Positions 63,006 to 64,000 of a stretch of DNA of 64,000 nt are shown here, one piece after another (within the stretch, counting starts at the first letter, position 1; each line of letters starts with the position of its first letter). Below the pieces are notes generated by a model. The model did no database searches. It was not told the DNA's origin and saw only the letters and a list, made by a program, of their open reading frames with translations. The stretch spans positions 1,330 to 65,329 of the forward strand of contig NW_021824850.1 in the NCBI RefSeq assembly GCF_006345805.1. The letters are read 5' to 3'. The translations under genes and the position numbers were made by a program. The DNA comes from Octopus sinensis (lineage: Eukaryota).

Positions 63006-63128
63006 GCATCCGTGTGTGTAATATATGTGTGTGTATGTGTGCACATGCGCATGTATATTGAATAAATAATACTGATTGCAATGTCAACTTGAAATAAATC
63101 CTTAATTCTCAGTGCAGGCCTAACAAAT

Positions 63129-63447
63129 GTGAAGACGCATGGCTTAATAGTTAGGGTAACAGGTTCACGAGCGTGAGTTCGATTCCCGACGACGCATTTT
63201 GTCCTTGCGCAAGACACTTTATTTCACGCTGCTCCAGCCCGCTCAGTTGGCAGAAATGAGTTGTACCTGTATTTCAAAGGGCCAGGCTTGTCACATTCTG
63301 TGTCTCGCTTAATCTCGCTGAGAACTACGTTCAAGGTACCGTGTCTGTGGAGCTGTGGAGTGCTCGACCGCTTGCACGTCAATTTCACGAGCAGTCTGTT
63401 CCGTTGAGCGGAAGAACTGGAATTATCGTCGTCGTAGCCGACGGACT
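63129..63447 (+). mobile_element. tRNA-derived SINE family A
   Basis: gaagacgcatggcttaatagttagg, B-box gagttcgattcc and body gttgtacctgtatttcaaagggccaggcttgtcaca...tcgtcgtcgtagccgacgga. Confidence 0.9.
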
Positions 63448-64000
63448 ACCAGGCCTTACAAATAGAATAGCTTTGTGCCTCTTCTCATCTCTCACTTATA
63501 CCAACCTCCCGTGTCTCCAAGTTACGCAAACATACACTCACACACAAAAACACACACACGCATCTTATAACCTGTTGGCCTTATATGCAGGGACACAATA
63601 ATATTTTAGTTGATATAATGTGTTGATGCATTTGAATGTTTGGTCGCTGTTACTGGTCACTGTTACTGTTGCATGTGTGTGTAGACTATCAACAAATGCT
63701 AGCGTGTGTGTTTAATGTCAGTGAGACTAGTAGTGGGATTTTAACAGAATATCAACAGTTGTTTCAGCATCTATTGTGGTGTTGTTGACGTCTTTTATTG
63801 GTAGATTGTTAATAACAGATTTGGAAAACAGAATTGATCTGGTAGAGTGGAAAGCGTGACGGGTAAGGTTGACGGTCTTCCGTCATCTATCGATGCCAAT
63901 ACATGATAACTCTACGAATTCTACAAACCGCTACCACAATCAGCGAAGCAGGAGCCTCTTTATAGTCGCAAGATCAGTTAGAAATAGCAGCCAAATATCC

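Overview
This is very AT-rich eukaryotic DNA, probably intronic or intergenic and dominated by repeats. The SINE families and the extreme (TA)n/(CA)n/(AAT)n load look like an Octopus (cephalopod) genome; this is inferred from recalled repeat families, not from a search. There is no complete protein-coding gene, rRNA, true tRNA or CRISPR array, and almost every entry in the ORF track is a microsatellite translation artefact. Supported content: (1) about 25 tRNA-derived SINE copies in four families, labelled A-D here; (2) a 5'-truncated Penelope-like element (PLE) with RT thumb and GIY-YIG relics, inverted pseudo-LTRs and a 10-bp TSD; (3) three mariner relics, two of them arranged as inverted pairs; (4) a Helitron-bounded unit containing a piggyBac fragment; (5) MITEs, LINE relics and several fold-back palindromes; (6) a few candidate host exons, the best being a 27-nt microexon on the minus strand. 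The most interesting signal is a recurring set of minimal hammerhead-ribozyme-like motifs with palindromic stem III. One lies in the PLE pseudo-LTR and others lie in short non-coding elements docked at (TA)n tracts. Several have non-canonical cores (CUGUNGA, CCGACGA) and several are folded back into inverted pairs. All alignments and folds were done by eye, element boundaries are approximate, and no ribozyme activity can be claimed from sequence alone.
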